This document shows positions 59,904 through 64,000 of a stretch of 64,000 bases of DNA, in pieces (position 1 is the stretch's first letter; every line of letters begins with the position of its first letter). Both the position numbers and the translations under genes were made by a program. The DNA is taken from the IMG/VR virus record IMGVR_UViG_3300042691_033066, positions 10,077 through 74,076 of that record; one strand, given 5' to 3'. This DNA is from a virus. The notes beneath the pieces were generated by a model that saw nothing but the letters and a program-made list of their open reading frames with translations, had not been told where the DNA came from and did not search any database.

Positions 59904-61166
59904 ATGCCAAATAATATTCTTATAACACCAGGAAGTGCCAGTATACAGTTCAGTGGATCAAACGCAAACACAATTCGTTTGCAAGTAGAACCCTCTGGTA
60001 GTATTGCGTTTTACGGAAACTCTGGGAGTTTATTCGGTATTACGGACAGTTTAGTCGGATCATTGATGAGTGTCAACGATATTTCGGGACTTCCTATCCT
60101 AGAAGTATTCAGTGATGACCGAGTGGTGATGGGAACATATAATCAAAATACATTAGTTGTCACCGGTAGTCGGGTGGGTATGGGAACAGCAACGCCTCAG
60201 TCAGTATTACATGTTTCTGGAACAGTATCATATGGTAGTGTTAGAATTTCCCCAACTGCCGCCGCCGGAGAATCGGCAATAGCATTTTTCACCGACGTTG
60301 CTGGAACCGATACCAATGATGCATGGGTTGTGGGTCACGCAGGATGGGGTAATACTGGTGATTTTGTAATTGGTAATGAAAACAATGGTGCCGGCGGTAA
60401 CGTTCGACTACTCATAGAAAAAGCAGGTAATGTTGGTATTAACGATACATCGCCAGGTACTAAACTAGTAATTAGTCATCAAGGAACAATCAATACAACT
60501 ACTCCTGGTACTACATTATATAATATACATTTTACCGGATTATCTACCAACGATAATGCCCAAGGCATAACATTTAATGGTGGTGGTAGTGGCGCACAGG
60601 CTGGATTATATGTACAAGGTTCCAGTGCATATGGAACCAAGATGTATTTTGCTACTACCAATGATTATGGTGCTGGGTCAAAAACCAGAATGATGATAGA
60701 TCATTCCGGTAACGTCGGAATTGGCATCACATCACCCACTACTACTTTTGATGTGAACGGAAGTGCAAGAATTGTTACCGCTCTTGGAGTCGGAACGGCA
60801 CCTTCTGCAAATCAAGGAGAAATTCGTGCTACCCATGAGGTCACTGCCTACTACTCATCCGATGCACGGTTAAAAGAAAATATTAACCCACTGAGTAATG
60901 CTTTAAATAAATTATTACAAGTTAATGGCGTGGAGTTTGATTGGACCGAAGAATACATCAATAAACGTGGCGGAGAAGATGGATACTTTGTTCGCAAACA
61001 TGACGTAGGGATTATTGCTCAAGAGATTAAAGAAGTCTTACCAGAGGTCGTAGCGGAACGAGAAGACGGGTATTTAGCGGTACGGTACGAAAAGATCGTT
61101 CCATTATTAATAGAAGCAATTAAAGAATTACAAGCAGAAATTGCCGAATTAAAACGTCAATCGTAA
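59904..61166 (+). CDS. Short tail fibre with peptidase S74 chaperone
   Basis: GNVGI repeats; SSDARLKENI...GIIAQEI.EVLPEVV...YLAVRYEKIVPLLIEAIKEL; TATTTATG at 59871. Confidence 0.85.
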   Translation: MPNNILITPGSASIQFSGSNANTIRLQVEPSGSIAFYGNSGSLFGITDSLVGSLMSVNDISGLPILEVFSDDRVVMGTYNQNTLVVTGSRVGMGTATPQSVLHVSGTVSYGSVRISPTAAAGESAIAFFTDVAGTDTNDAWVVGHAGWGNTGDFVIGNENNGAGGNVRLLIEKAGNVGINDTSPGTKLVISHQGTINTTTPGTTLYNIHFTGLSTNDNAQGITFNGGGSGAQAGLYVQGSSAYGTKMYFATTNDYGAGSKTRMMIDHSGNVGIGITSPTTTFDVNGSARIVTALGVGTAPSANQGEIRATHEVTAYYSSDARLKENINPLSNALNKLLQVNGVEFDWTEEYINKRGGEDGYFVRKHDVGIIAQEIKEVLPEVVAEREDGYLAVRYEKIVPLLIEAIKELQAEIAELKRQS

Positions 61167-61214
61167 AGGTTTTTCTATTTATATAAAGTTATGTAAATAC
61201 TGCAACTGGATAAA

Positions 61215-61733
61215 ATGCTAAGAACTAGAATACCCGGCCAAATCATACAAAGCTCTAGTATTTTCCCGATTTCCTTTGCCACCGGCAGTGGAATTGTTTC
61301 ATCGTCGGCACAAATTCTTGCAGCATTACCATCGGGACTAGTTTCCAGTTCTACTCAAGTTGATTATAACTCAATACAAAATCAACCGATCAGTATCCCC
61401 AGTGCGTCTATTGCCGACGTTGCACTTTTCGTACTACAAAATACTTTTACGGGATCCTTTACTGGATCATTTGTCGGAGATGGATCAAATTTAATCTTTG
61501 AAACCGTCAATACCAACAAGAATACGGATAGTTTACTAGTAATTGGAAATATTTATAATAACTACAGTAATAAGCAAACCACTGTGTTCCGTAATGGCGA
61601 TGTAGTCGTTTCGGGATCCGTCACGGTGTCAGACACGGGGGTACTGTTATTGACACCACGAGATACACCAAATACACATGTTTCCGGCGCACTATTTTAT
61701 TCGTCGTCAGGGGAGTTGTATTTGGGCAGTTAG
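61215..61733 (+). CDS. Short fibre-like virion protein
   Basis: VSSSAQI and FTGSFTGSFVGDGS motifs shared with neighbours; TATTTATA at 61176. Confidence 0.6.
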   Translation: MLRTRIPGQIIQSSSIFPISFATGSGIVSSSAQILAALPSGLVSSSTQVDYNSIQNQPISIPSASIADVALFVLQNTFTGSFTGSFVGDGSNLIFETVNTNKNTDSLLVIGNIYNNYSNKQTTVFRNGDVVVSGSVTVSDTGVLLLTPRDTPNTHVSGALFYSSSGELYLGS

Positions 61734-61772
61734 TTAATATGTATAATTAATACCTTTTTTTGGAGAAGTACA

Positions 61773-63959
61773 ATGGCATCGTGGCAAAAGATTATAGTAT
61801 CTGGGTCTAATGCAGAACTAAACACAGTAGGTTTAGTCACAAGTATGAGCGTTGGGGCAAACCAAATCATTGCTACCTCGCCTTCCCAGACAAAACTTTC
61901 CGGCTCCTTCAGTGGATCATTTTTCGGTGATGGTAGTCAACTTACCGGCGTAGCAGCAACGAATGTAGAATATGCAAACGTCCTCAACAAACCGACGTTA
62001 GTATCTGCATCAAGTCAAATTGATATTACATCAACGACTAACTACACGACATTTAGTTCCTCACTATCTACGGTAGATCAAAACCAACAAAATCAAATTA
62101 ATGCATTAACAGCAAGTACCAGTTCTTATGCAACAACTGGCGCAAACACATTTAATGGCAATCAAATCATTAATGGTTCATTGAATGCAACTGCTGGTAT
62201 TACGGGTTCGTTTAATGGTGACGGTTCACAACTCACGGGAATAGCAACTACACTTTCCATCACAGGATCAACCAGTGGAACGGATTCTGTTAATCTCAAG
62301 ACTGATGGATTGACATTTAGTGGTGGTAGTAACGTTACGGCAACAGTCACAAATAACACTGTTACGATTGGTGTTACTGGATTAGTTTCCGAATCAGCAC
62401 AAATTGACGTACGCAATACAACTGGCATTGCGACAATTGCTACGACGGGATCTAACACCTTCACGGGTGTACAGACAATTTCCAATACCACAAATAGTAC
62501 CAATTACACCGATGGTGCTCTTATTGTTCAAGGTGGTGTAGGAATTGCAAAAGACGTAAACATTTCTGGATCCTTAACCGTTCAAGGAGTGTTGACGGCA
62601 GTATCTATGTCAACACAATATGTCACCTCATCACAACTCAATGTTGGTGTCAGTAAGATTACATTAAACGATGATGATCTTGTACGATTTGCAGGATTGG
62701 CAGTATATGATTCCGGTTCAACTGCTGGATCCGGGTCACTCTTGTGGGATAGTTTAAATAATCACTGGATTTATGAAAATACTACGGATGCAAATTATAA
62801 TAGTGCTATCCTTATTGCAGGTCCAAAGAACTACGGTGATCTTGGAAGCGAAGTAGAACTTGTTGCAGGACGTATTCCAGTAGCAGTTGGTGGTGATCAC
62901 ATTGATACGAATGCAGCATCTAGTTCCATCTATATTGACTTTGCAACACGAAAGACCTACATTGAAGCTGGATTGCTGGTCACAGGATCTATCACCGCTT
63001 CGTCATTCTCTGGCGACGGTAGTGGACTTACGGGAGTTTCAGCAACAAACGTTGAATATGCAAATGTTCTCAATAAGCCAACGTTGGTTTCTGCCTCTGG
63101 TCAAATTGATCACGACCTCACAGCAAACTTCCTAGCAAACGAACACATTGACCACAGTACCGTTTCCATTAGTGCAGGTAGTGGTTTAACTGGCGGTGGT
63201 GACATTACTGCAACACGTACCCTTTCACTTGATACTGGCTCTTCAACATTTACGGATGGAGTCAAGGCAAAACTTAATACAGAAGGCGTACTCAGTAGTT
63301 CGGCACAAATTAATGCAATTCTTGATGCAGATGGCGTACTCAGTAGTTCAGCACAAGTTACAGCAGTACTCAACAGTGCAAATGTTCACAGTGGATCATA
63401 TCTTGGAACGGCTACAACCAGTAATCTCCCAGAAGGTACCAATCTTTACTACTTAGATACACGAGTAAAAGATAAACTTAATCTGGAAAATGTGGTCAGT
63501 AGTTCTGCACAAATTGTTGCAGGTATTGCTGGTACAACCATTGCACCAACAACAATTAATGCAACAACCATCAACGCATCAGGTAATGTAACGGTTACTG
63601 GTGATTTGACCGTCAATGGAACTACCACCACATTTAATACAACCAATGTCTTAATTGAAGATCGGTATATCCTCCTTAACAGTGGATCAGTTGCAGGTGC
63701 TCCCGCACAAGGTGGTATCGTCGTTCAAGATGGCGGAACTGCCTCTGGTTCAGCAATGTTGTACAGTACCGACAATGCTAAAAATCGTTGGGGTGTTGCA
63801 GAAAACGTAGCAGCAAATGCAACAACAGCAACACAAACTGCATATGTTGCAACGGTCACGGATATGAACGTAGCAGCACAAGCAAGTGCAGTTGCAACGT
63901 ATGAGAAGCCAGGAAACATCAAGATTGAAACAAACGGTGATATCTATATCTGGGCATAA
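61773..63959 (+). CDS. Tail fibre-like protein (MASWQKIIVSGS family)
   Basis: Shares long blocks with 51619; NLPEGTNLYY and GDLTVNGTTT...IEDRYILLN motifs. Confidence 0.7.
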   Translation: MASWQKIIVSGSNAELNTVGLVTSMSVGANQIIATSPSQTKLSGSFSGSFFGDGSQLTGVAATNVEYANVLNKPTLVSASSQIDITSTTNYTTFSSSLSTVDQNQQNQINALTASTSSYATTGANTFNGNQIINGSLNATAGITGSFNGDGSQLTGIATTLSITGSTSGTDSVNLKTDGLTFSGGSNVTATVTNNTVTIGVTGLVSESAQIDVRNTTGIATIATTGSNTFTGVQTISNTTNSTNYTDGALIVQGGVGIAKDVNISGSLTVQGVLTAVSMSTQYVTSSQLNVGVSKITLNDDDLVRFAGLAVYDSGSTAGSGSLLWDSLNNHWIYENTTDANYNSAILIAGPKNYGDLGSEVELVAGRIPVAVGGDHIDTNAASSSIYIDFATRKTYIEAGLLVTGSITASSFSGDGSGLTGVSATNVEYANVLNKPTLVSASGQIDHDLTANFLANEHIDHSTVSISAGSGLTGGGDITATRTLSLDTGSSTFTDGVKAKLNTEGVLSSSAQINAILDADGVLSSSAQVTAVLNSANVHSGSYLGTATTSNLPEGTNLYYLDTRVKDKLNLENVVSSSAQIVAGIAGTTIAPTTINATTINASGNVTVTGDLTVNGTTTTFNTTNVLIEDRYILLNSGSVAGAPAQGGIVVQDGGTASGSAMLYSTDNAKNRWGVAENVAANATTATQTAYVATVTDMNVAAQASAVATYEKPGNIKIETNGDIYIWA

Positions 63960-63976
63960 ACTTTAAGGAGTAGGTT

Positions 63977-64000
63977 ATGGGATTATTTGAAAAGGCTATT
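63977..64000 (+). CDS. Start of the next gene (3'-truncated)
   Basis: TAAGGAG ribosome-binding site, then MGLFEKAI to the window end. Confidence 0.5.

Noticed and set aside
652-63922. Numerous minus-strand and alternate-frame ORFs of 60-184 aa in the track
   Set aside because: They lie within long + strand genes with recognisable motifs and show no independent motifs; they are shadow ORFs.
1-64000. Stop-codon reassignment, as seen in some large phages
   Set aside because: Core genes are full length in the standard code, and TAA, TAG and TGA all end genes at sensible positions.
1-64000. tRNA, rRNA, integrase or IS elements
   Set aside because: Intergenic gaps are short (under ~130 nt) and none shows a cloverleaf; no recombinase or transposase motifs were seen. 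A tRNAscan/Infernal run would confirm.

Overview
This window is a gene-dense segment of a large T4-like (myovirus) phage genome, with every credible gene on the + strand. It holds the virion morphogenesis region in this order: baseplate genes; an embedded resolvase-primase-Mre11/Rad50 island; a long tail fibre; a 1208-aa multi-enzyme protein; large terminase; a run of small putative head-internal proteins; portal, prohead protease, HAD phosphatase, ribosomal protein bS21, scaffold and major capsid; neck, sheath and tube; and a large array of fibre and LamG adhesin genes. Two promoter classes are visible: host-type TTGACA-N17-TAnnnT (two sites) and a recurrent TATTTAT(A/G/T) motif 23-37 nt before many structural genes. 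The strongest candidate for an undescribed system is the 1208-aa ORF (25890-29516). It looks like a capsid-loaded polyprotein: Zn-peptidase, ligase-fold nucleotidyltransferase, HxGH nucleotidyltransferase and ParB-like domains, with prohead-protease-type (L/I/V)-x-E sites at several boundaries. Its translation start is preceded by a 17-bp hairpin that has the putative late promoter in its 5' arm and lies downstream of an early promoter. All calls come from motif recognition by eye; no database searches were run.
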